DNA of 63,077 nt, filler included, from an uncultured Methanosarcinales archaeon (GTDB taxonomy: Archaea > Nanobdellota > Nanobdellia > Woesearchaeales > B54-G15), in assembly GCA_964519225.1 (NCBI GenBank). It is 18 parts of 18 records of this genome, joined end to end, with 100 filler letters (N's around TTAATTAATTAA, not from the genome) between each part and the next. Parts side by side here need not be neighbours in the genome. Positions count along the whole stretch, not along the records: positions 40,119 to 43,175 come from CAZFJK010000040.1; positions 43,276 to 46,186 come from CAZFJK010000041.1; positions 46,287 to 48,683 come from CAZFJK010000042.1; positions 48,784 to 51,008 come from CAZFJK010000043.1; 14 more parts are not named here. The stretch is one strand, 5' to 3'. This document shows positions 42,138 through 51,108 of this stretch, one piece after another; within the stretch, counting starts at the first letter, position 1; every line of letters begins with the position of its first letter. The notes below the pieces were generated by a model. The model saw only the letters and a program-made list of their open reading frames with translations. It did no database searches and was not told where the DNA came from. Position numbers and translations under genes: made by a program.

Positions 42138-43084
42138 TCAAGATGCCATCTGATAAAGAAGAAGAGAGTTGGACGATCGATCAAATCACTAAAAGTGAAT
42201 TTTTCCATCAAAAACTCCATGAATGGGGTCTATTAGAAATTGCTTACGAGCTTGAGGCTATAAAAGGAGAAGAACTTAAATGGGACTTAAAGGAATTGAA
42301 TATAAGTCAAAAAGCTTGGAATAAAATCATTCACAGAGGAATTAAGCCTGTAAGAGTATTTAGCCATCCTGAGGTTTTAAAAGGCAATCCAAAGAGGGTG
42401 AGCTACTATAGAATGCTTGCAATGGTTTCTCAAAAGTCGATGTCAAAAGTTGGCTTGACTGTTAATGGTTATGAAGATGGACGTAAGAGTTTTGATGATA
42501 ACACAGCTTTAGCTGTATCAAAGCATCTAAACAAAATTATAAGCATTCTTATAGAACATGACGAGAAAATAGATGCGAGAGAATTTGATCTGTGGCGTGG
42601 AATGACTGCTGGCTCTCAAGCCCAAGGTTCTTGGCAAAATACAAAAGGTGATCGAGCAGAGGTTGTTATTAAGGAGTTGATTGAAAGAAGAATCAGAGAA
42701 AAAGGGTTGATAATCAAGGAAACCATTCATGGGAAGAGTGAAAAATTTGAATTAAAGGATGGACGAATATTAGTAATGGGTAGTGAGCCTGACATTGGAA
42801 TATATAAAAACGATACAATTCAAATTGCTGTGGAAATAAAAGGGGGTATTGATCCAGCGGGAGTGCTTGAACGATTTGGAGCAGCACTAAAGAGTTTAAG
42901 AAGAGCAAAGCAGGAAAACCCTCAATCAGTTACGATATTGATTATGCAAGGTGTGTCCCTCACTTCCAAAGCTGAAGAAGAAATCAGTAAGAGCAAGGCA
43001 ACCATAGACTACTTCTTTACGATTGAAGATATAATAGGTAATGAGGATTTAAGGAAGCGACTGTTTGAGGTGCTGAATATATGA
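42125..43084 (+). CDS. Type II restriction endonuclease, XcyI-like
   Basis: YYRMLAMVSQK, GSWQN..G, SEPDI...EIKGG.D PD-(D/E)xK motif; coupled to the MTase. Confidence 0.8.
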   Translation: MGKVIKMPSDKEEESWTIDQITKSEFFHQKLHEWGLLEIAYELEAIKGEELKWDLKELNISQKAWNKIIHRGIKPVRVFSHPEVLKGNPKRVSYYRMLAMVSQKSMSKVGLTVNGYEDGRKSFDDNTALAVSKHLNKIISILIEHDEKIDAREFDLWRGMTAGSQAQGSWQNTKGDRAEVVIKELIERRIREKGLIIKETIHGKSEKFELKDGRILVMGSEPDIGIYKNDTIQIAVEIKGGIDPAGVLERFGAALKSLRRAKQENPQSVTILIMQGVSLTSKAEEEISKSKATIDYFFTIEDIIGNEDLRKRLFEVLNI

Positions 43085-43112
43085 TTAGGGAAAATTATAG
43101 TCCAGCCACGTC

Positions 43113-43175
43113 GCCTAACAGCGGACATACGGCTACGGTGCTTCGCACCTCCGCCCAAATTCGGCAGAGCCGAAC
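43113..43175 (+). other. attC-like site (truncated by the contig end)
   Basis: GCCTAAC inverse core complementary to GTTAGGC at 40738; same GGCT.CG-hairpin-CGCCCAAAT-hairpin layout as 40657-40744. Confidence 0.8.
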
Positions 43176-43275
43176 NNNNNNNNNNNNNNNNNNNNNNNNN
43201 NNNNNNNNNNNNNNNNNNNTTAATTAATTAANNNNNNNNNNNNNNNNNNNNNNNNNNNNNNNNNNNNNNNNNNNN

Positions 43276-43488
43276 CCAAAAACATTAGAGAGATACACAT
43301 CTATGCCGGAAGGAGCAATTTATGCTTTCGATCAATCGATTAATACCAAGAGACCGTACTTCAAAACCCCAATAAAGGGCTTATATTTGGCAAGTGCCTC
43401 AACTTTCCCAGGTGGCGGAATCGAAGCTGTCGTGATCTCTGGAATTATTTGTGCAAATGATATATGTAATTGGGAAGTTAAGTCATAA
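43276..43488 (+). CDS. Phytoene desaturase-like FAD oxidoreductase, C-terminal fragment
   Basis: GAIYAF...TPIKGLYLASA..FPGGGIEAVVISG. Confidence 0.8.
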   Translation, partial: PKTLERYTSMPEGAIYAFDQSINTKRPYFKTPIKGLYLASASTFPGGGIEAVVISGIICANDICNWEVKS

Positions 43489-43598
43489 ATTTGCCCCTAT
43501 CAAACCATTTCGATCCAAAAGAATGCGTATAACAAAGATCACCCTAAGGTTCAAAGATATTTTACAAACTGGCTTGCGAAGGCTAATGAGTAAAAATT

Positions 43599-44237
43599 TT
43601 AGAACGGTAACAAATGAATTTCCCTAATGGAATAATACAAAAAGTCAATCCCGAATAAAGCCACAAGTAAAGCAAGAATTAATAGTAAAGTTTTGTAAAG
43701 CTTTAAACTAAAACCACTTAAAGAAGTGATGCGTGCTAATGTTGTAAGCCATGCAAAATCAAGCCATACATGGGCTACATAAAGAATGCCTATTCCAATA
43801 AAACCCCAATAGCTTACAGCCTCCATTACAAGCGGTGAACCAATACCTACCCACCAAGCTATGAAAAAGGGATTTAAGGCTGATAAACTAATTCCAATAA
43901 GCATGGGCGATCTTGACAAATTAGATTTCGCTATCGATTTAACTTTAATTGCATCTCTCGCTGTCAGATAAGAGTAAAAGATCAAAAATAATCCTCCTAT
44001 AAAACTAAGGGCTTGCACAAATTCTTTGCTTGTTAGAAATGTTGCAATACCAAAGCCGATCAATAAAACTAGTGGAAATTCAACGATTGTGTGACCTACA
44101 CTAATCAAAAACCCTCCTTTCCATCCATTTCTAACACCAACCGCAGCGGTTGCTGCTGTCAAAGGTCCAGGAGCAAGTGCGCCTGAACTGCTTATTAGAG
44201 CAACTTTAATCAGAAAGCCCAAGATCAAGGTGATCAC
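43599..44237 (-). CDS. LysE family transporter
   Basis: SGALAPGPL, GHTIVE, LNPFFIAWW. Confidence 0.9.
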   Translation of the reverse strand: MITLILGFLIKVALISSSGALAPGPLTAATAAVGVRNGWKGGFLISVGHTIVEFPLVLLIGFGIATFLTSKEFVQALSFIGGLFLIFYSYLTARDAIKVKSIAKSNLSRSPMLIGISLSALNPFFIAWWVGIGSPLVMEAVSYWGFIGIGILYVAHVWLDFAWLTTLARITSLSGFSLKLYKTLLLILALLVALFGIDFLYYSIREIHLLPF

Positions 44238-44997
44238 CTTTTGTCATTCCCAATCTCAACTCTTTAACTTTTTCTTCAAGTTTTTCTGCAGCATCCTCGC
44301 CATGTTTTTCTATAATATCAACCAAAGCACTTCCAATAACGACCCCATCAGCTCCTGCATTTATAAGTTCTTTAACATGCTCGGGTTTTGAAACACCAAA
44401 TCCAACTGCCAACGGTTTTCTGCATACCTTTTTTGCTCTCTTAATCAAATTAAAAGCTGTTTCAGGAATTCTATCTCTTGCACCAGTTGTACCATAAAGT
44501 GAGATCAGATAAACGAAAGCTGAACTCACTTCATCTATAATCCTTAGTCTATCTTCTGGTGTGTTGGGGGCAGCTAAAAATATTGTACCCACATCGTATT
44601 TTTCACACATGTTCAAGTATTCTTCTGCCTCCTCTAACGGCAAATCAACGATAATCGCGCCATCAACGCCTGAATCTCTTGCTTTACTTACGAATCTTTC
44701 AACTCCTTGTTTATATACAGGATTGTAATAACCCATAAGAATGACTGGAGTGTTTAAATGTTCTTTAAACTCTTTAACCACCTTAAACGCATCTTTTACT
44801 TTGGTTCCAGTCTTTAAAGCTCTGTAGTTTGCCTTCTGAATTACTTCACCATCTGCCATGGGATCGCTGATTCCCAATTCAATTACGTCAGCATATTTGT
44901 CTAAGCTGAGCATAAAATCGAGGGTTGCCTTGATGTTTGGGTCTCCAGCCGTTATAAACGTTATTAAAGCTGGTGGATCGAATATTCCGTGCTTCAT
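44206..44997 (-). CDS. trpA: Tryptophan synthase alpha chain (small deletion in the conserved loop)
   Basis: FITAGDP, IELGI--SDPMADG, MGYYNP, VDLP.EE, GTTG, VGFGVS, GADGVVIGSA. Confidence 0.92.
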   Translation of the reverse strand: MKHGIFDPPALITFITAGDPNIKATLDFMLSLDKYADVIELGISDPMADGEVIQKANYRALKTGTKVKDAFKVVKEFKEHLNTPVILMGYYNPVYKQGVERFVSKARDSGVDGAIIVDLPLEEAEEYLNMCEKYDVGTIFLAAPNTPEDRLRIIDEVSSAFVYLISLYGTTGARDRIPETAFNLIKRAKKVCRKPLAVGFGVSKPEHVKELINAGADGVVIGSALVDIIEKHGEDAAEKLEEKVKELRLGMTKGDHLDLGLSD

Positions 44998-44998
44998 A

Positions 44999-45180
44999 CT
45001 AATACCCTCCCTGCAACATTACAATTCCTAAATCTTTGTCTCCCCTACCAGAAAGGTTTACTACTACTATTTCATCCTTGCTCATATCCTTTGCAATCTC
45101 CATCGCATAAGCTAAAGCATGGGCAGATTCTAAAGCTGGCAAAATTCTTCAGTCCTCGAAAGTTCAAAAAAAGCTCTCAA
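44999..45180 (-). pseudogene. trpB: Remnant of the tryptophan synthase beta chain C-terminus
   Basis: Manual translation gives [22 protein letters not shown]...[13 protein letters not shown] with a frameshift and no upstream gene body. Confidence 0.85.
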
Positions 45181-45263
45181 ATACGCTTAAGCAATTTTTA
45201 AGTATTTAAACATTTCTACTTAACTAAATTAAACATTAAATAGTCAAATCAGTACGTGTTACT

Positions 45264-46186
45264 ATGGAAAAAATGCTAAACGAATATGAAGCAAAGAAGT
45301 TGCTTGAAAAACACAACATAAACGTTGTTCCAACCTACATTGCAAACTCGGAAAGCGAAGCATTAGAGGTTGCAAAAAACTTAGGCTACCCTATAGTTAT
45401 GAAGATTTTATCTGACAAAATTATTCACAAAACTGAATATAAAGGAGTAATCTTAGACATTCGAAATGATGAAGAATTAATTAACGCTTACAGAAGACTT
45501 TCTAAAATTGAAAAAAGCGTAACGGTACAAAAGATGGCAAGAGGTTTTGAATTCTCCGTCGGAATAAGCTACGATAAAACTTTTGGGAAAACAATAATGT
45601 TTGGAATTGGAGGAATTTTCGTAGAATTACTAAAGGATTTTACCCTTAGAATTCTTCCAATTGATAGAAAAGATGCAGAAAACATGATTAATGAAATAAA
45701 AGCGTCAAAAATTTTTTATGGATATCGAGGAATAAAAGCCAATAAGGAACGCGTCATTGAACTTTTGCTAAAAGTTTCAGAATTGGCTAAAAAGGAGCCA
45801 ATAAAGCAAATGGATCTAAATCCAGTTTTTGTTAATGAAGAAAACTACTTTGTTGCAGACGCTAGAATTGTATTGGATGAAGGAATTGGCAAGAAAGACG
45901 AGAAAAGGAGAAAAATAGGTGATATAAGTTTTCTCTTCAATCCAAAGTCCGTTGCTGTAATCGGGGCATCACGAACGGAAGAAAAGCCCGGAAATACGAT
46001 AATAAGAAATCTAATAAACCTTGGTTTTGAGGGGAAAATTTTTCCAATAAATCCAAAAGCCAAGGATATATTAAATTTGAAATGTTACTCATCAATTCTT
46101 GATGTTGAAGAAGATGTTGATGTTGCAATTATTGCTGTACCATCGAAACATGCAGTTGAAGTTGTAAGACAATGCGTAGAAAAAGG
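45264..46186 (+). CDS. ADP-forming acetate/acyl-CoA ligase, beta-alpha fusion (3' partial)
   Basis: LNEYEAK..GYPIVMK..HKTE..GV, MFGIGGIFVE, DLNP, then FNPKSVAVIGAS CoA-binding domain. Confidence 0.9.
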
Positions 46187-46286
46187 NNNNNNNNNNNNNN
46201 NNNNNNNNNNNNNNNNNNNNNNNNNNNNNNTTAATTAATTAANNNNNNNNNNNNNNNNNNNNNNNNNNNNNNNNNNNNNNNNNNNN

Positions 46287-46713
46287 GAATCCTGTTCCTA
46301 AGAGAAGAAAGAAGTTTGAAGATCTGGAGATCTATGTAATGTGCGAGATTCCATCTAATGTGATTCTGGCAGAGGATTTTGCTGATTTGTTTGATGGATT
46401 CTCTATTGGCTCCAACGATCTTACCCAGCTTACTCTAGGTCTTGACCGCGATTCCGACCTTGTTTCTCATATCTTCGACGAAAGGAACGAGGCAGTTAAG
46501 AGACTGATTGCTGATGTCATCAAAAGGGCGCATAAAAAGAGACGAAAGGTAGGTATCTGCGGGCAAGGTCCATCGGATTTTCCTGAATTTGTTGAATTTC
46601 TTGTTGAATGCGGCATTGATTCCATCTCCCTTACTCCGGATACTATCCTTAAGACAACGTTGAGAGTTCTTCAGGCGGAGAAACGGAGAAAGGGCCAGCG
46701 CCAAAAAAAGTAA
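46287..46713 (+). CDS. ppsA: Phosphoenolpyruvate synthase, C-terminal part
   Basis: [27 protein letters not shown]. Confidence 0.93.
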
Positions 46714-46863
46714 AATAGAAAAGCCGGTGCTTTCATCTCTCTGTTTATCCAGAGGGAAGAAGCATCTATAACTTTTAACTTGTTTTATCTCTTGGAGCTA
46801 TTTATAATGTAGTCGTTAACTTTAAGAGCTTGAAAGAGAGCAAGGAATTAATTAGTGAAAGAA

Positions 46864-46951
46864 GGAAGGATGGCCGAGTGGTTTAAGGCGCACGCTTGGA
46901 GAGCGTGTGTGGGGAAACTCACCGTGGGTTCGAATCCCACTCCTTCCGCCA
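46864..46951 (+). tRNA. tRNA-Ser(GGA), bacterial type with CCA
   Basis: GGAAGGA/TCCTTCC acceptor stem, CACGC-TT-GGA-GA-GCGTG, long variable arm, GCCA. Confidence 0.96.
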
Positions 46952-47460
46952 ATATTCAATTTCAGAGTTTTTGAGGGTTCTTGCCTTGCCTCGCGGAGTT
47001 TATCCACCAAATTGGCAGGCTCGGACTTGGCAAAAGCAACGATTTTATACGGATTTTTGAAATCCAAAAACAATTTCTGCCCGCTCAAACGGAAGTTCAA
47101 ACCAATCTTTTTTAGAAAATCCCGACTCAGTTCGGGATTTTCTCGTAAAGCGAGAATTTTGCTTTGTTTAAGGGAGTTTTTCTTTTGGTGCAATGCAAGT
47201 AATTATGTCCCTTCCGGGTCTCGGTGGTAATAAAGCAACCGCATTCTCCGCAACGGAACATTCCTCTGTAGATGTATGGCTTTAATTCTCTTGTCTTCGG
47301 CTTGCTTTTTCGCCTCATCGCTTCCTGAACTTGATCAAAAAGTTTCTTTGCAACAATCGGTTCGTGCTTTCCTTCGTAGCATTCGCCGTTGTATCTCATC
47401 ACTCCGCAGTAAAAAGGATTTTGGAGAAGGTATTGGTAATTTGAAACAAAAAGCGATTTT
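46952..47460 (-). pseudogene. Large serine recombinase remnant (recombinase + Zn-ribbon + C-terminal pieces) abutting tRNA-Ser
   Basis: LQNPFYCG...GKHEPIV..LFDQVQ...RCGECG...YLHCT; catalytic N-terminus and coiled coil missing; frame change. Confidence 0.8.
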
Positions 47461-48010
47461 CCTTTTCTTTCTTTCAATCCTATTGCGATTTCGCAAAAAG
47501 CACAATTTGGCGGTGCTTTCTGGACGATGTTTAAACTTTCTTTGAACAAAATCCGCAAGCGGATTTTGGATAATCCCGCCTAACGGTTCGCTTCGCCAAA
47601 AGGCGGAGTAGGCAAAGCCCGCCCCATAGCAATCTTTCGCTTCGCTCAAGATGCTACGGGGTAAACAAAAATTTTTGCTTGCCTCATAGTCAAATGCGAA
47701 GCATTTGTACTTCGGGGCGGGCTTTGCTTCCTTGCTGATCCCAGTAGCAGAGCAAAGCTCACTATGGGGCACGGCGCAAAGAGAGCCGTTTCCCATCCCA
47801 AGCCGCGCTCCGCGCGGCAGGGCAGGCGGGCTATTTCTTTTGATTTAAGGTAAATATGCTTGCCTCACCCAGCCCGTGTGCGGGCAACATTAGGAAACTT
47901 CCTATATTCTTGTTGACCAGAAAAAATAAATAATGTATTATGTTTGTAGTGGTATTCAGTGGATTATAGAAAACAACCTATATTTTAATACTAATATTAT
48001 TATACAAAAT

Positions 48011-48223
48011 ATGTCGAATCAAATTTCAATAATAGGCAAAAATATAAAAAGATTGCGAAAGCAACTCGGAATATCGCAGGATAAGCTATCTAAATTAGCT
48101 GATATTTCTCATAACACCATAATCAAGATAGAATCAGGAGCTATACAAAGTCCAACAATGGATACTGCACATAAAATAGCCAAAGCTCTAGGTGTTAGTT
48201 TAGATGATTTAATGAAAAAATGA
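48011..48223 (+). CDS. XRE-family HTH regulator (possible R-M controller protein)
   Basis: IGKNIKRLRKQLGISQDKLSK...IESG...IAKALGVSLDDL; overlaps the MTase start. Confidence 0.88.
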   Translation: MSNQISIIGKNIKRLRKQLGISQDKLSKLADISHNTIIKIESGAIQSPTMDTAHKIAKALGVSLDDLMKK

Positions 48224-48683
48224 CAATGTCAAAAAAACAAAACATATTAGAATTATTTAAGAAGACCAAGATTGATAAATCTTGGGCCTTTGCTGACAAA
48301 ACCAGAAAAGAAACAACATATATCACTCATAGTTATCATCGCTATCCGGCTAAGTTTATTCCTCAAATAGTTTCTCGACTAGTTGAAAAATACACAAAAC
48401 CTGGCGATTTAGTAGTTGATCCGTTTGGTGGTTGCGGAACAATGCTTGTCGAGTCAAAAGTAATGTGCAGACCATCTATTGGGGTGGATATAAACCCTGT
48501 TGCTGTTTTGATAACAAAAGCAAAAATAACCCCCATTAAACCACTAACACTTGAACAGGCATTTATTGATTTACAACACAAGTTAGGGGCTTATACCTCA
48601 ACAACAAAAGTTAGCGCCCCCAAGCATGAACGGATTGATTACTGGTTCAAGCCTGAAGAAAAAAGAAAATTAGCTTTTCTTTT
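48220..48683 (+). CDS. DNA methyltransferase (3' partial)
   Basis: THSYHRYPAKFIPQ, DPFGGCGT, GVDINP. Confidence 0.9.
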
Positions 48684-48785
48684 NNNNNNNNNNNNNNNNN
48701 NNNNNNNNNNNNNNNNNNNNNNNNNNNTTAATTAATTAANNNNNNNNNNNNNNNNNNNNNNNNNNNNNNNNNNNNNNNNNNNNTA

Positions 48786-49814
48786 AAAATCGAAAAAGAT
48801 AATGGGAGAATTAAAGTTTTCTTTCCATACAGTCCAGTATATATTACAAAAATAAAAACTATCAGAGGATATAAGTGGCATTCTGATGGAAAATACTGGA
48901 GCATTCCGTATTCTGAACTTGAAAATCTTCTGTCAGCATTTGATAGAAAAAAGATTGAGGTAGATGCATCTGTCTGGCTTTATGATCTGAGAAAAGAACT
49001 GATGGCAAGAAAGTACAGCAGGAGAACTATAAAGCTTTATCTGCATTACAATGAAGGATTCCTGAAATTCAGCAATAAAACACCTTATCAGGTATCAAAT
49101 GAAGATGTTAGGGATTATCTGTATCATCTGGCAGAAAGGAAGAATGCTTCGGCATCAACTTTAAATATAGCAATAAATGCACTGAAGTTTTACTATGGTG
49201 AGGTTCTAAAGCGAAGATTTGCTTATGGGATAAGGAGACCAAAGAAAGACAAAAAGCTGCCGATTGTTTTGAGTTAGGAGGAAGTTTCAAGGATTTTATC
49301 TTCGTTTAACAACATTAAGCACAGGCTGATTCTGATGCTCATGTATTCTGCCGGTTTGAGAGTTGGAGAAGTTGTAAAGCTTAAAATCGAAGACATTGAT
49401 GTGAAGAGAAAATTGATCAGAATAAGGAGTGGAAAAGGTAGGAAGGATCGATATACAATCTTTTCTGAGATTATGTTAAAAACATTTAGAGAATATGTTG
49501 AGAAGTACAAGCCAGAAAAGTGGCTGTTTCCGGGACAGAGAAAGGATAGACATATAACAACAAGGACTGTGCAGAAGATATTTGATAATGCATGTAGAAA
49601 AGCAGGGATAAGGAAAGAGGCTACCGTTCATTCCTTGAGGCATTTATTCGCAACTCATTTACTCGAAAGTGGAGTTGATCTGAGATACATTCAGGAGTTG
49701 CTTGGTCACAAAAGTTCAAAAACAACAGAGATTTATACTCACGTTGCAATGAAAGATTTGAGAAAAATAAGAAGTCCAATAGATATGATGGTTAAAGGTG
49801 AAAAAGATGAATGA
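48786..49814 (+). pseudogene. Integron-like tyrosine recombinase (HARP-like + SAM-like + catalytic domains) with one in-frame TAG at 49275-49277; 5' partial
   Basis: Continuous frame: FPYSP..IKTIRGYKW..KYWSIP, RKYSRRTIKLY, KLPIVLS*EEV, YSAGLRVGE, GKGRKDR, HSLRH, LGH, IYTHV. Confidence 0.9.
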
Positions 49815-49927
49815 GTTCGTATATACTGCCAAAATTAAAGATAGCATGAACTTCGTATATCCTTCCAAAACCGAACAAAAAGCGAACTTCGTATATGAAC
49901 GAGTTAGCAGAAATTCTGCACGCCACT
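49813..49927 (+). other. attI-like primary recombination site downstream of the integrase
   Basis: TTCGTATAT at 49816, 49852 and 49888 (36-bp period), then GTTAGCA core at 49903. Confidence 0.7.
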
Positions 49928-49977
49928 TTAGGAATATTTAAAATCTGGGAAGAAGTTAAAACAGAGAGGTGAAGAGC

Positions 49978-50778
49978 ATGGAAATAAAAATCATCAAGAT
50001 AAAAGCTAAAAAAGCTTTCACAAAAACAAAAATTCCTGGAGCAGATTGGGTTATCAACCAGTACGTTGGTTGCCAACATGGATGTAAGTATTGCTATGCC
50101 AAATTCATGTGTAAATGGTATAACTATGGAGAATGGGGAAGTTGGATTGTTGTTAAAGAAAACCTCCCAGAACTTGTTAAAAAAGAAAATGTTAAAGGAG
50201 AAGTTTATATGAGTAGCGTTAGCGATCCGTATCAACCGATTGAGGAAAAATTAGAGCTTACGAGAAATGTTTTGAAAAACATGAATAGAAACATCAAATT
50301 AGGAATCCTAACAAAGTCTGATTCAGTTTTAAGAGATATAGACATTTTTAAAGAGTTTAAAGATATAGAAATAGGTTTAACGATTAACGGTTTTGATGGA
50401 TTTGTGAAAAAGAAGATAGAGCCCTTTTCTCCAAGTAATGAGAAAAGAATAGAAGCACTAAAATCGCTTCATGAGCATGGTATTAAAAACTACGCATTTA
50501 TTTCACCAATAATTCCAAATCTGATCGATGTTGAGGAGTTAATCAGAGAAACAAAAAGTTTCACAGATTTTTACTGGTTTGAGTTTTTGAATTTAAGAGC
50601 AAGTGGAAAAGAGTTTAGAGAATGGTTAAAGCAAAACTATCCTGAAAGCTATGAAATAGTTTCTGATAAAGTTAAAGCGGAAAAGTATGCGAAAGATGTT
50701 ATGAAAATTATAAAAGATAATAACATACAAGTTAGAGGTGTTTGTATGCATTATCCAAAAATTATGGCGGTGAAATAA
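49978..50778 (+). CDS. SPL-like radical SAM protein (cassette gene)
   Basis: NQYVGCQHGCKYCYA, SSVSDPYQPIE, ILTKS; GAGGTGA RBS. Confidence 0.9.
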   Translation: MEIKIIKIKAKKAFTKTKIPGADWVINQYVGCQHGCKYCYAKFMCKWYNYGEWGSWIVVKENLPELVKKENVKGEVYMSSVSDPYQPIEEKLELTRNVLKNMNRNIKLGILTKSDSVLRDIDIFKEFKDIEIGLTINGFDGFVKKKIEPFSPSNEKRIEALKSLHEHGIKNYAFISPIIPNLIDVEELIRETKSFTDFYWFEFLNLRASGKEFREWLKQNYPESYEIVSDKVKAEKYAKDVMKIIKDNNIQVRGVCMHYPKIMAVK

Positions 50779-50859
50779 AATGAAAAAATCTGATTTAACT
50801 AAAACTTTCAGTGGCGTGCGGAACTCTTCGCCTGCTTTCGCAGGCTCGCCATTCGGGTC

Positions 50860-50947
50860 TGCTAACAAGCGGGTATCAGGCTTTGTTTTATCTGCCCAAA
50901 TTCCTCGCTATGCTCGGAACTTCGGATACCCTCAAAAAAATCATAAC
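50860..50947 (+). other. attC-like site with degenerate core
   Basis: TGCTAAC, GGGTATC/GATACCC stem, GCCCAAATTCC..GGAACTTC, ends ATCATAAC in place of GTTATAA; a next ORF starts at 50967. Confidence 0.7.
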
Positions 50948-51108
50948 TCATGAGAAGGTGAATAAAATGGAAGAATTCTATGAGTTTATACTCGAAGGCT
51001 TGGACTTANNNNNNNNNNNNNNNNNNNNNNNNNNNNNNNNNNNNNNNNNNNNTTAATTAATTAANNNNNNNNNNNNNNNNNNNNNNNNNNNNNNNNNNNN
51101 NNNNNNNN

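Noticed and set aside
43525..43590. GCGTATAAC after the oxidoreductase as another attC-like site
   Set aside because: There is no matching stem, CCCAAAT/ACTTC motif or GTTA core downstream.
49813..49900. 36-bp periodic repeats as a mini-CRISPR
   Set aside because: The conserved part is only 9-19 nt, the period is too short for repeat plus spacer, and no cas genes are present; it fits recombinase binding sites better.
50811..50966. N-terminal part of the 81-aa ORF (also ORFs 50626-50868 and 40513-40749)
   Set aside because: They run through attC-like palindromes; the real gene most likely starts at ATG 50967 after a GGTGA RBS.
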